Below the pieces are notes generated by a model. The model was given only the letters and a program-made list of their open reading frames with translations. It had not been told where the DNA came from and did no database searches. Positions 16,952 to 29,400 of a stretch of DNA of 57,711 nucleotides are shown in pieces. The stretch is from IMG/VR virus record IMGVR_UViG_3300009506_000037, positions 1-57,711 of that record; one strand, written 5' to 3'. The DNA comes from a virus. Taxonomy: Duplodnaviria > Caudoviricetes. Position 1 is the stretch's first letter; the number at the start of each line of letters is the position of its first letter. Position numbers and translations under genes: made by a program.

Positions 16952-17397
16952 TGGCACGTGGTGTCAACAAGGTAATTCTTATTGGAAATCTGGGGCAGGA
17001 CCCCGAAGTACGCTACACGCCAAATAACACGGCGGTTGCCAACCTCAGTCTGGCCACATCGGAAAGCTGGAAAGATAAGAACACCGGCGAGCAGATGGAA
17101 AGGACCGAGTGGCACAAGGTCGTTTTCTTTGGCCGGATGGGTGAAGTCGCCGGTGAGTACCTGAAAAAGGGCTCCAAGATCTACGTCGAAGGCAAGCTGA
17201 CCACCGAGAAGTGGACTGACAAGGATGGTAATGACCGCTGGACCACCAAGATTATTGGTCAGAGCATGCAGATGCTGGACTCCCGTGGTAACGGCGGCGA
17301 TTCTGGCGGCGGCTACGGTGGTGGTCAGTCTGGTGGCGGGCAGGCAAGCGGTGGCCCGCCCCCGCAAACCGACTTTGACGATGACATTCCGTTCTAG
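16951..17397 (+). CDS. ssb: Single-stranded DNA-binding protein
   Basis: [19 protein letters not shown]...DFDDDIPF. Confidence 0.97.
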   Translation: MARGVNKVILIGNLGQDPEVRYTPNNTAVANLSLATSESWKDKNTGEQMERTEWHKVVFFGRMGEVAGEYLKKGSKIYVEGKLTTEKWTDKDGNDRWTTKIIGQSMQMLDSRGNGGDSGGGYGGGQSGGGQASGGPPPQTDFDDDIPF

Positions 17398-17531
17398 TCT
17401 TTGGTTAATCGCATTCACCATCACTGTTGTTTATCTGCTGTGGTGGTGGATGGGGTTATTCGGGGTGGTGTTCTCTTCCCCTGTGGTAGGGTTCACCGTC
17501 TCATATTTACTCACGAAGAGAGGTGACAATC

Positions 17532-17963
17532 ATGTGGTTTAAGAAGAAATTTGACTATGCAGAGCGCCAGCTCGAGCGGTTCTCTGCTCGCATCACAGAG
17601 CTGGAAGACATCGAGAAGGAGCGCGAGCGCCAGATCGATGAACTGATCGCCGAGAAGCGTAAGCTGAAAGAAGAAGTGGCCGGTCTCGAACTGCAGAAGA
17701 AGATTGAGCAGGAAGACATCGAGCACATGGTGACCATGCAGAAGGAAAAGCTCGAGCTCGAAAAAGAGCGGGCCATCATGGAATCCAAGCAGCAAGCGCA
17801 GGATGAAATCAAGTCCATCCGCGACGAATGCACAGAAAAACTGCAGGGTTATCTGGAGCAGTCCATCAAGCAGGGTGAAGAGCGTTACAAAGAAATCCTG
17901 TCCAAGCTGGCTGACGTAACCATCGCTGCCGACCTGTCGCCGGGCCGTCGCGACCGCGACTAA
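17532..17963 (+). CDS. Coiled-coil hypothetical protein
   Basis: GAGG RBS; E/K/Q-rich heptads. Confidence 0.65.
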   Translation: MWFKKKFDYAERQLERFSARITELEDIEKERERQIDELIAEKRKLKEEVAGLELQKKIEQEDIEHMVTMQKEKLELEKERAIMESKQQAQDEIKSIRDECTEKLQGYLEQSIKQGEERYKEILSKLADVTIAADLSPGRRDRD

Positions 17964-17966
17964 CCG

Positions 17967-18536
17967 ATGCCATTCGGCGCTATAGGGTTTGCTCTGGGGT
18001 TGGCTTCGGCCTTCCCCAGATCTTATGGGAGCTCGAAATCAATGGGATATAGTCATAATCGCAGGTTTCACGGCGACTCCAGAGACCCCAGAAATACTCA
18101 GGGGGTTGTCGCGGCATACCATGGCCGGCACGATAATTATGAAATGCGTATAGAACCAAGTCCGCAGACTCTTGGGCAAAAGTTGGTCGTCAGGTCACGG
18201 CGCTTCTCCCGGGTCATGACATTGGAATTACCCCCGTACATGTCCCCATATGAAATATTGCATGGCGCCACCCGGGAAGCCAAGCGTTTCGTGGAATATG
18301 CGTGCGACAGGATGGACCGTGATCTGGACAAACTGGAGATGGAATCTGCGCAGCACGTTCATATCAACATGTATATGGATGGCACTGAGCGAGTGGCCAA
18401 GGCGGAGACCAAGGCCCCGGGCAGGAAGGCAAAGTCCGTGGATTATGTAAAAAACGGCAGCGGATCCATACGAGAACGGCTACAGAAGAACACGGACCAC
18501 TGGCTGCGCGACGCCAAGAGGATGCTGCGTGGCTAA
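17967..18536 (+). CDS. Hypothetical protein
   Basis: 189-aa operon ORF. Confidence 0.6.
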   Translation: MPFGAIGFALGLASAFPRSYGSSKSMGYSHNRRFHGDSRDPRNTQGVVAAYHGRHDNYEMRIEPSPQTLGQKLVVRSRRFSRVMTLELPPYMSPYEILHGATREAKRFVEYACDRMDRDLDKLEMESAQHVHINMYMDGTERVAKAETKAPGRKAKSVDYVKNGSGSIRERLQKNTDHWLRDAKRMLRG

Positions 18537-19125
18537 CTGGGGCGACCATCTGATGCGTGACCCGATGCACAAATTATCAGAGCAACTGATGGACCACTTT
18601 ATGACACCATCAACGGTTGGATCATGGTTGAAAGAGTTAAAGGAATCGACGCCAGCACCGTCAACGATTAGGCAAAAGCTGCAGCAGGAAACGGATGAAT
18701 GGCTGGCAGATATCCAGAAAATCACCAGACCGAAGAAGAAATCGGAGTCGGTTAAAATGAAGGCCGTGGACTGGGCAAAGATAAGTGACCTTCCCAGTCA
18801 TGATCATTGCAGCATGGCGGACAAATATCGGGATGATATCGCACGATTCCGTCGCGAAATGCTGGAGAGTGATTTTATGCGTGACGAGCTGGTGTACGGT
18901 AATGCAGCACGACATACCGGTACCTCCGCGTCCGCCATTAACATAGAACGACAGCGGGCCAAGATGGACATTGACCGGGCCCGGGCAATGCTCAACCAGC
19001 ATATACAGATGGAACAGATGCGGCTTGAGCAAGAGTATATGAGGGTACAACCCAGCATGATGTACGGGGCAAAGCCACTGAAACCCGATAATTATTTTCT
19101 GCGTAACTTATTGGATGTCACATGA
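18529..19125 (+). CDS. Hypothetical protein
   Basis: 198-aa operon ORF. Confidence 0.6.
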   Translation: MANWGDHLMRDPMHKLSEQLMDHFMTPSTVGSWLKELKESTPAPSTIRQKLQQETDEWLADIQKITRPKKKSESVKMKAVDWAKISDLPSHDHCSMADKYRDDIARFRREMLESDFMRDELVYGNAARHTGTSASAINIERQRAKMDIDRARAMLNQHIQMEQMRLEQEYMRVQPSMMYGAKPLKPDNYFLRNLLDVT

Positions 19126-20048
19126 GCGAGAAGATTGAGCACTGGATTGGCGCAGCTGACCTGTCAGATTACGGGGAGTCCTCAGGAACTGGCCCGTGGA
19201 TCAAGCTACGCATGCAGATCGAGAGCATGCCGAAATGGCGTGGCGTCAAGGGAAACCTGTACCAGATACTGGCCTGCCTGCTGCGAGAAAACGCCGGCGG
19301 CGATCTGGAACTGGTGAAGGACATTATCTGGCGCAATGAAGGCCAGATGCTGGGGTTCGGCGAGTCAGACTCCAGCGGTTGCTGGATTAAATTCCGGGTC
19401 GACCCACGGGATCTGGACTTCTTCCGTGGCAACAAGGGTCAGGCCTACTTCTGGAAATTCATCGATACTGACAACCTCGAGGGGGTCGTGAATGCAGAAC
19501 GAGCTACGAAGACTGAGAAAGGTCCGTATGGCACAGAAGTTAAACGGCTGCACCAGTATGGTTTCTTTCGCGCCACGCCAGTATGGGAAGTACTTGGCAC
19601 AGATGAGTCTTATCAAAGCTGGACTCGCCGCCAACCGTGTATTGTTACTGGTGGCGTCGACTGGGATGAGAAAAAGGGTGAGGGCCGAACTGAGTACGCT
19701 CATGTCCGAAGGAGTAGTGATTCGGGAACGGCCTATAAACCCAGATATCGTGGGGTTCCTCTTGTCCATGAGATACACTCCCAGTACCAGCACCAGCATG
19801 GGGAAACGGCCGCCTACAAATACTACATCAACCGTAAGAGGCGGAAACTGGCGGTCACCCCTGAGTTGGCAAAAGCGTGGTTTGACAAAAAAGCTATCGA
19901 GAACGTGGAAGCATGGGCCCACGAGGCGCTCTGCAAGGAACTGGGCGTCCCGTCTCTCACGATGGCGTCGCCGGTGATGGTGCGCAAATGGGCCGAGGAG
20001 CACAACCTCACCCAGTACCTGCCGAAGGTGTACCGGGAAGCGCGATGA
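19122..20048 (+). CDS. Protein with duplicated N-terminal module and DUF968/HNH-like C-terminal domain
   Basis: Y.SW.RRQPC.VTG...AHVR...G.A.KP...VPL..EIH..QH. Confidence 0.65.
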   Translation: MSEKIEHWIGAADLSDYGESSGTGPWIKLRMQIESMPKWRGVKGNLYQILACLLRENAGGDLELVKDIIWRNEGQMLGFGESDSSGCWIKFRVDPRDLDFFRGNKGQAYFWKFIDTDNLEGVVNAERATKTEKGPYGTEVKRLHQYGFFRATPVWEVLGTDESYQSWTRRQPCIVTGGVDWDEKKGEGRTEYAHVRRSSDSGTAYKPRYRGVPLVHEIHSQYQHQHGETAAYKYYINRKRRKLAVTPELAKAWFDKKAIENVEAWAHEALCKELGVPSLTMASPVMVRKWAEEHNLTQYLPKVYREAR

Positions 20049-20437
20049 ACAAACGGGATCCGCAGGACAGCTGGATGATGTTCGCCTGTGAATGCGGTCA
20101 TATGCAGGTTTTTGATGCGGACTTCGAGGACCCGACCACGACGTCGGGTGCCTGCAAAGCCTGTGGTGGTACGAAATGGCAGATGCTCCCCCGGGATGAG
20201 TACAAGACATCAGACCATTGGCGGATGCAGTGTCTGGCGGATTATGTCCTGAAGATGGGCAGCTTCGAACGGATGCGCGCCTTCCTCGACCGGTTCGAGA
20301 AACGTAACGGCAAGGCAATCGGCGGTCGGTTACGTCAGATGTGCCGCCAGCAGTACGACTCGGCTAAAGGTAAGGGTCAGACGTCCCGAACAGGCGAACG
20401 ACAAACAGCAAGGCCAAGAACCCCCACAACGAAATAG
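20045..20437 (+). CDS. Zn-ribbon hypothetical protein
   Basis: CECGH...CKACGG. Confidence 0.6.
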   Translation: MNKRDPQDSWMMFACECGHMQVFDADFEDPTTTSGACKACGGTKWQMLPRDEYKTSDHWRMQCLADYVLKMGSFERMRAFLDRFEKRNGKAIGGRLRQMCRQQYDSAKGKGQTSRTGERQTARPRTPTTK

Positions 20438-20485
20438 TCCAGACCTTGCGCCACATGGTGGTCCGCTTGAATTTTTTCACCCGCA

Positions 20486-23400
20486 TTATTTGCTCAACCT
20501 CTCGTACCGTTTCTTCTTCATCTTGTTATAGATCCGGCTGAATTCCTGCATTACCTTCTCCCGGCGGGCTTTCAATGCCTTGATACGGTCATGCTTGACC
20601 CGCTTCGGCATGTCTTCCTTATTCTGCAGGTAGTGGATCTCAGTGTTCAGCTTCTTGATCTGCTCGTTAAACCGCTTCATCTGGTGCTCGCCCATCCAGA
20701 TCAGCTCGTAGTTATTGCGCTCGAAGTCCCGCACCAGCAGCGCGTCCTCCTTGCTGGCGACCTCCTTCTTCATTTTCTGGTGGGCCTTGGTGATCTGCTC
20801 GACCTCGGTGCGCTGGTCGTAGAAGGCACGCGGCACATCCCATTCGGTACGCTCGCCGATAACCTTCCGAGCAAATGGCACCTTGTTGTAGGGAATCTCA
20901 TCCCCATAGGCCAGCTTATTGTACATCAGGGTCGGGTATTCCACGCCCATGCGGGAAATGAATGCCCCGGCGCCACCGGTCACGAAGTTGATCCAGTGAT
21001 CCATTGTCTCCGGCGAGATATCGATGAGCCCGGATTCGTACTTGCTGCCACCGGTGAGGCTGTTCAGCTGCTCGGCGAACCACTTGGTGGCCGGGTTGAC
21101 GCTGCTCCAGTACCGCTGGCTGTCCGGAATCTGGGGACCGAAGGCCGGCTGGTCCGGCATGATCGGGGACCCCATGAAGTTCTCGTTGGTAGCCAAGTCG
21201 ACAATCGGGTCGGTGATGGTCGGGGAAATCATCTTCGCCAGCATGACCTCCATGTAGTCACTGTCCGAGTTGCCGATCGGGTTGAAGGAATCGATGAGAG
21301 TTACGGCGATGTTTACAGCTACCTTACCCAGTTTTTCGGGCGGCGCATGGATGGCGTCGCTGATGCTCATGCCGACCACGTGCGGTACGTTGTACCCGTA
21401 CGGCAGCGGGAACTGGAACCGGTCCTGACATTCTCCCAACGGGTTCATGACAATCAGGTTGCGGCGCTTAATCCAGTCCGGGATCTTGTCGTAGCAGTTC
21501 TCCCCGTCCTTATCGATGCCGGCCATCAGGCGGTTCAGCTCGGTCAGGCCGAACGCGGCGACCGCGATTCCGGCCAGCACTTTCTGCACCCGGGGGCTTT
21601 TGGCCGCCTTCCACATGGTGGCGGTGCCCTGAACGCTGGCGTTATAGAACAGGTACAGGGCGTTTGCCAGCGTACCCAGCTCGCCCTTCCGGTTGAAGTT
21701 CACGGTCAGGTTCTTGGCGATCGTGGCCGCCTGCTGGTCTGACATACCCATCTCAATGGCATTCTTGAATACAGCCAACCGGGCCGCATTTTCCACAGAG
21801 GCGTTGACATCCATGACATAGTCCTTAACGCCTTTCACGACGCGCAGGACCTTGGCGTAGTTGTCACCCTCCAGCATACGGATATCATTGTTCAGCCGGG
21901 CCCGCTTGGACTCAATAGTTTCCAGCCCGAAGAACCCGATCTTGCCACCAGACTCAGAGAACCGACGGAACCACTGGACCCACTCAGACCCATGCTCGGG
22001 GTTACGCAACCCCTGATAGATGCCCTTCACAGAACTCGGAATGTCCTTGATCATGCGCTTGGCCAGCTCTGACGGGTCCACTTCGGTACGAGCCTGCAGG
22101 TTGATCAGCGCGGTCTGGATGTCTCGGGCCGCGTTGGAGATAACGAACTCGGGGTTGTAAGCGGTATTAACCGCAGCGAGGAACCGGTTGAAGGCAGCCA
22201 GTGTCTGGACAATGGCGCCAGCTTTTTCGACGCCAACATTGGTCATCGCCCGGGCCAGCAGCGGGTCCTTGATTTTGATGTACTTTTCCTGCCCGTCGAT
22301 TTTCACGGACATAACGTCATCTGCCAGCTTGAAGAACGGGTCGCGACGGTAGGCCACCTCAGCGGTTCGCTCGTCATAGACCGGGCGAGTCGGCACGTCT
22401 TCAGGGTTTTCGATAACCTGCCACAGGTCCGGGTTAGGGTTATCCCGTACAAAATTCAGGAAAGCCTGACCGACGGTATTCTTTTCTGCCCGGATGATGG
22501 TCTCCTCCATCTGCAGAATACTGTAGATGATGGGGCTGTCAGCCCGTGAGCGGCGACCCAGAGCCCGTTTGGACTCCCGGCCCTTGATACTGAAGCCGCG
22601 ACCGATGCGCTGGAACAGGCCACCGTCTTCCTCGTAGAAGCCACGCAGCGGGACATAGTGGCCGTATTTCTCGCTCCACATGTCGATATTCTTCTGGGGT
22701 TCCAGTCCCGCTTTCTTCAGCAGCTTGAGGCGGGCGTTGTTGATCCGGTAGACCAGCTTGGCCAACTCCATCTTCTCGTTGTAGGTTCCGTCATTCTTGG
22801 CGATCTGGATGATGGCCTCGGCCTCGGCGTCGGTCATCCCGGATCCCATGACGCCCTGTTCGCGCAGGGTCGGGTTAATTTCCTGAATGTGCGCGTTACG
22901 TTCTGGGGCGTGCATGGCGTACAGAAACTCATCGAGCTGGTCCAGCGTGATGTCAGACTCACTGACAGCCTGCAGGAGCGGTTTCACGTACAGGTCCTCG
23001 AACTTCTCCAGCTCGTACTCTACTTTCCCGTGATACAGCTCCTCCTTCAGGTAGGCGTCGGTTTCTGGGTCAACGGTTACGTCCGGAAGCTCCTGTATCA
23101 CCCGGAGGCGGTCGTATTTGTCCTGCAGCTTGCGTACCAGAGAGCGCCACAATGTTTCACGTGGAACAGCGAACGGACCGTCTGACAGGTTGCCGCCCTC
23201 CTTGGAGCGGGACGCCATGGCCCGGCCTTCCTGCATCGCCTTGTTCCGGCCGGCACGTACCGCCAGTTTCATCCGGCCCAGAAGCCCGGTGATTTCGGTG
23301 TCGGTTACCTTCAGGCTTGGGAAAAACTTCCGCAGGAACTGGCGTACCAATGAGATGGCACGCTGTACCCACGAAGCGCGGGGATTGATTTCGGCTTCAT

Positions 23401-26400
23401 GGGCCAGAAATTCTTCGGCGGCGACCAGCCGTCCTTCCCGGGTGCGCAAGTCCAGATCATATTCCCGGGCAATCGAGCGCAGGCGCGGCTTGTTGACTTC
23501 CGCATTGAAGATCTGGAGCAGCAACGGCTCGATCTGCTTCGGTTCCAGCAGCTGGCGCAGGCCATAATGACCAATCATTTCATGGAACAGCAGGCGCTGC
23601 GCATGTTCAGGACTGCCAATCCGGTCGGCGATCATATAGACCTTGCCGGTATTGGTATCGAACAGGCCGTCGGTTTCGTCCTCGGCATTCTGAGACCGCA
23701 AGAAATCCTGCAAATGGTTGGGCAGCTGGTCGAAGCTATCCAGCACCTCAATGTCCGGGATATTGGTCCACGTGTTCATGATGTGACGCAGCGAGTCATA
23801 GATCTTGGAGACGCTCATGCCACGCTTGGCAGCCTTGCGGGCCATTTTCGGCTGATTCAGCCGCTGGGCATTGATGGCAGCCTGCAGCTCTTCACGGGAG
23901 GTCCGCTTCCAGCTGGTCAGGTCCACGCCCTTGGTGGGTTGGCGACCCTGCGTGCGAGCCATGTCCTGCTCGGTTGACTCCAGCATCTGCAGAATAGCTT
24001 TGACCTCTGGCAGCTTCCCGGACGGGTCGAAGCCAAATTCACCCGGGTCACCAAAATCTCCGGTCAGCACCCGGTACAGAGCATCGCTGATGTTCGTGTT
24101 GTATTCCCGGGCAAAATCCACCGGATTCACGTCGATGCCGAGCTCTTCCATCAGCATCCGTTGTACGCGGAAGGTGACGTCTTCCCATTCGACGGCGCGC
24201 TGTGCCTGAGCCAGTGTCAGCGGGGCCACCTCGAAGTCGATCTGTTTGGGCGGCTTGCCACGCTTTGAGACCCACGTGCGGCCCATACGGCCTTCACGGC
24301 GGCCATCGCCGTACTTGGCCTGCATGATGTCCTCGGTGATGCCGTGCGCCAGTTCGTGGACGATACGCCACTGACGGGTGTACTCGGTATCCTTGAAGGA
24401 CCCGTGCGCCACCCGGGGGTCGTAAATCCACAGTACCCCGTCCTTGTAGCCCTGTTTCTTCAGCTTGGGAATAGCAAATTCCACACCGGCCTCAGGGTCT
24501 TCGTGGAAGGCGAAGTATTTCACCTGATACCCGAAATCGTTCAGCAGATTTTCGACGAGGGTCGGGTCATCTACCAGCGTGTCGAGGTTGTAGATCTTGA
24601 GTGAGTCGGTGGAATCTTTCCCGGGATTGATGGCGCCGAACCGGCCATACACATCGGTCAGCGCGGCGTCCGGGTTGTTCAGTCGAGATAGGGGTACTGG
24701 TGCGGCAAGCGGCCCTTGGTACGACGTGTTCCATCCGTACTTTCTTGCGACGGTTTGGCCTGCTTCGATTGCGGCTTGGCGCCGATCACGAATCCACGGG
24801 AGTAAATCGGGTCGTCCGAGCTCGCTGATTTTAGCGGCGTATTCCTGACCTTCGGTAGCTTTTGTCCAGTCATTTGAGTGGTACCCTCCTTCTGCCTTGA
24901 ATTGTGTGAATTCAGGGATATCGAAACCAGTGAAAGTATGCACCACCTTGGTCATTTTGTCGATAAAATCTTTATCTGACGTCAGGAACGGCTTACCGTT
25001 TTCGTTCCGGAAATTGATAAACCGCAGCTTACCGTCGACCAAAGTGAATTCGACTCCGGGCAGGAACTGGTTTGAGTGGTCATAGAATTCCATCGCCATC
25101 TGGTCAGTAATCGGACGGTCGGCAGTAATTTGCAGACCGACGGCAGCTTTCTTACCAGTTAGCGTGGGGTCAGCGCGGTGCCACGGCACAGCGTCTTGGG
25201 TGAAAATCATGCCCACAATGTTGGCGTACAGGTCGGCCAGCTGAGGATCGTAGGCGCCTTCAATCTTCTCGGCCACGATGTGGGTCAACATGTTCGGGCT
25301 CACGGCCAGTTCGAAGCTGCCCATGGACTGCTCAGTCCGGGCCAGTGGTGCGCCCAGCTTCTCGATAACCATGTCCTGCCCATCACGGCCGGTGATCACA
25401 TCCAGCATAGCCTGATTGAAGTCAACGACTTCGTCGGTGCTGGCGGTATGGATACCCGGGAACATTCCGGATGAGACCGACGGACGGGCCTCCCATGTCA
25501 CGCTTTCGGTGGCACGGTTCAGGTATGTCGCAAAATCGACCGGCGCCGGCGGGACAAACTTGCCCTTAACCTTCTTGGCGGCATCGCTATTCCGGGCATA
25601 GAACCACAGCCCAGCCTGTACCTCACGCGGCAGATAGCTGGTGCCATGCTTGGCATTGTAGGCCTCGGTGATATCGATGGTCAGATCGTGGGCAAACGCA
25701 TACTGCCCGGCCCCGGCCCTGACACCGTCAGCGCTTTCCGGATAACCGAACAGGCGCAGCATCCAGCGGTCCTGCGTGCTGGCGTTGTCGAAATAATTGG
25801 TGCCGAAGGTGGCGTCGTGCAGGTTCATATAGAACGACATCAGCTTGTTATCGACGCCGGGCACAGAGACGTCCATGGTGGGCGCTTCCAGAATGCCACG
25901 CACCAGCTTTTTGGTGCGGTTCGGGAACCGTCCAGCCTCAGGCTCCATGTTGCCCCGGGAGATCTCGTAGATGGATTTTACGGCCGCGGTGGTATTACCG
26001 CCGACCTGATTGGCCTGTGAGTACAAGGACATCAGGCGCACCAGATTCTCAGCGGTCTGGCGATCGCCGTTGGCGGCCTTGCGGATGGCTTCCCCGGAAC
26101 GGTCGTACCACTCCATGGTGAACGGGGTCTGGGCCAGCGGGTCTTCCAGAATATTCAGCATGCGGCGAACCAGCCCGGCGCGCTTCTGCATCGAGTTGAT
26201 GCCCGGGGGAGCCCCTGACAGGTCGCCCTTCGCGTTGAACTTGCGGGGCTTGGCAGTGCGCCGGTAAAGGGTGTCTGCCTGAGATTTGGCGTGCTTCTCC
26301 GGAACGATCGTGATGCCCTCGGGACTGAACATAATCACGTCACCGGTGTCATCGGATATGGCAGCGTCGTAACCCTGCCGTTTCAGCTTCTTCAGCAGCT

Positions 26401-29400
26401 CCGGCTTGTCACGAAGCGTCCGCCAGTCCTCATCCATAATGGTGACCGGGTTCTTGTAGTCCAGCTTGGCCTTAATGACCCGCTTGCCATGCTGTTTCGC
26501 AACCGACCGGCTCCGGGTGAAGTGGCCAGCCACCCCTTCCTGAGTCTTAAACTGGTCAAATTCGGCGTTGGTTCCGTGATAGTAGGCCTTGTTGCCGCGG
26601 CTCATGCGCACGCCCACATCCTGACTAGCTTCGCCGAACTGCTGCTTGATGGCCTCGGAATTCGGGTAGGTGATATCAATCAGGCCGCTAATGAACGGGG
26701 ACTTCCCGGGCTGTTCCGCGTTGCGCTGGTCATACGACTGCGGCTGCAGATATGTTTCAGTAAAGCCCATGGTCTTGGTGCCATATTTGGCATCGACATT
26801 CTTGATAACAACCGGGACTTCCTTGATGCCGGCCCGGGCCAGTGCAGCCATACGGTGGCGGCCTTCATGCCCGACAATCTTCGGGATACCGCCATCCTCG
26901 GTGCTGATATGCAGGAACGGAGTCTGGATCTCGTTGGCCAGCTCCTCGGTATCTAGCGGGCCAGTTTCGCCATATATGGTTCGCGGGTTACCGGTGGCGC
27001 GTACAAAGTCATCCGGGTTGATGTAGGCCATTCCTGCGATCACCCGGCCGTCCGGGTACGCATATTCAGAAAAGATGTTCCGGATCCGGTCATCGGTCAG
27101 GCCTACCTTGTCCTGCCCCATCTGGATATTTTCTTCGGTGGTGCGCTGGGCGCCACGAGACAGCTTCGGTTCCTGCAGGCCATACTCGGCAGCAACGGGC
27201 TCAGTCTTCTGGCCGGTTTGCACCCAGTTCTTGAATTCCTCGATGGGCATGGCAACGATGGAGTCCAGCCCCTTCCAGTCCTTCGAGTAATTGTTCATGT
27301 AGACCTGACGGGCCTCTTCCTCACTGTTCACGCCGAGGACGGCCTTGTGCTCATCGAACTTCCCGGTGGTCGGGTTCTTCTGGTCCACCACGTATACGGT
27401 GTCAGTGTTCTCGGCATTCGGACCAAGGAAAACGTCGACCTCTTCGCCGTCGGCTCCCTTGGTCATCTTGATATGGCCGTAGGGATTCTCCATGGTGTTG
27501 TCCCAGACATTGCCATTCTTGTCAGAACCGGTGCGCACGGTGCCACGCGGGTTCTCAATGGCGATATCCAGTCCCTGCACGTTCACGACGCCGGGTTCCT
27601 GCGGGTTGGCTTTGGTCTGTTCCTCGGCCTTGGCGATGTTCAAGCCATATTTCTGTTCAGCTTGCTGGAAGGCAGCTTCCATGGCGGTCGGCTCTTTGCC
27701 GGTGACCTGACGCTCTGCGGCACGGTTTTCCAGCGCTGACTGGACCTTGTCCGGCGCGGTCTCAGGCCGGGCGTTGTCCTTCTCCAGCTGGGAGAATCCG
27801 AGGTCCTGCTCCAGCGCCTTCATGGTTTTCTGGTCAGCCTCGTAGATATCAAAGGCTTCTTTCACGGAGCGGCTATAGTCCTGCTGCGCTTCGCCAGCCG
27901 CATCGGTGGCCTGCTGCAGCTCGGAGTCTGGCGCATTCTCCTCGGCCAGCTTGTTCAGGCGGTCAATCGCTGCCTTCAGCCGGTTCCGGGAGGTATTGAT
28001 GCGCTGCTCATGGATGCCACCAACTGAGGCGGCAACCATGTCAACCGGGGCAGTGATCGCCTCGCCGGCTGCTTCAGCCAAAATCTGGCCCCATTCCAGC
28101 GGGCGGCCAGCAGCGAGCTCTCCACCACCTTCGCCGATAGCACCCATGGTGCCTTGCACGGCAGTCTGGACCGGGACATTAATGACATGGCGCGCAACCA
28201 CATTCGCAACAGCCTTCGGTACTAGGGTGCGGCCAGCCAAACCGAAGCTCAGGCCGTCCAGCAAACCAACAACGGCAGCATGGGCTCGAGCTTCCTTGGT
28301 GATCTGCTTGTACATCTGAGGGTCAAGCAGCGCGTTTCGGACAGCTTCAATATTGTTCGTGTCGACCCCGTTACGCTGCAGAGCTCCCTGCAATTCAGCG
28401 GCAAAGTCGACATTGTAGGAGCCTTGACCTGTGGCCAGCATGCCAAGCCACGGTCCACCAAGAGCGGCAGCCACGGAGCCCTTGGCCAGCGGCTCAGCCA
28501 TCATCGGCAAGGAGGTGGTTCCCACTTCACCGACAAACGAGACAGGGTCGCGCTTCACATAACCCCATGCGGTTTTGAAGTCGTTTGCTTTGAAGGCTTC
28601 TTCCGCTACGGGAGCGGTCTGGATCTTGGCGGCCTCAGCCCCCTTCTTCGTAGAAATAGTCAGCAGGCGGTCAATCTTGTCACGCTCACGCTGCAGGGCC
28701 TCACCCATAACCCGAGGGTTGGATGACATGGTCTTGCCGGTTTCACTGATTAGCGGACGGCCAGCTTCATCAGAAGGCTCGCCCGGGCGCGCACTAATGG
28801 CGCTGCGCATCAGTGGTTGGTTACGTTGTACGTCAGGCATTTGCGGGGCCAGCGAGGCGGAGCGGGTCTTCGCTGAGGTCTCGGCCTCATCAATCGAATT
28901 GAATCCCTCCAGCTTGCGACCGGTTTCCGGATCCACCCCACCATTCTCAATAATGATGCGTTCCGCTTCGCGCTGCGTAACCTGCTTCCCATTGTACATG
29001 GACGGGATATTGGTCGGCTTACCGCCATTAATTTTTGGGTTGGTTACCGTGATGGTGCGTTCGGTCGAGAACGACCCGTCCGGGTTGCGGACAATCGGGC
29101 GTCCTTCTGAGGTGTATTTCCCGGTCGGGACATCCTCAGCGGTCATGCGGTCGGTATAGTCTTCGCGCAGGCCGTGGTAACGGCTGGCAATATCCGCAGC
29201 GCCGCTCATGGCCTTGGCGCTTTCCAGCTGTTTCATACCGCGGGTCAGGCGCTCGTCGACCACCTCACCGGTCGGGCGGGCTTCATACTGTGCCTGACGA
29301 TAATCGAAGTCAGCATAACGGGTGTCCGCGTCGAACTTCTCCCGGACCAGATCCATCGACATCGGTTTCCCGGTCTGTTTCTGGAGTTCCTGTACCCGGG

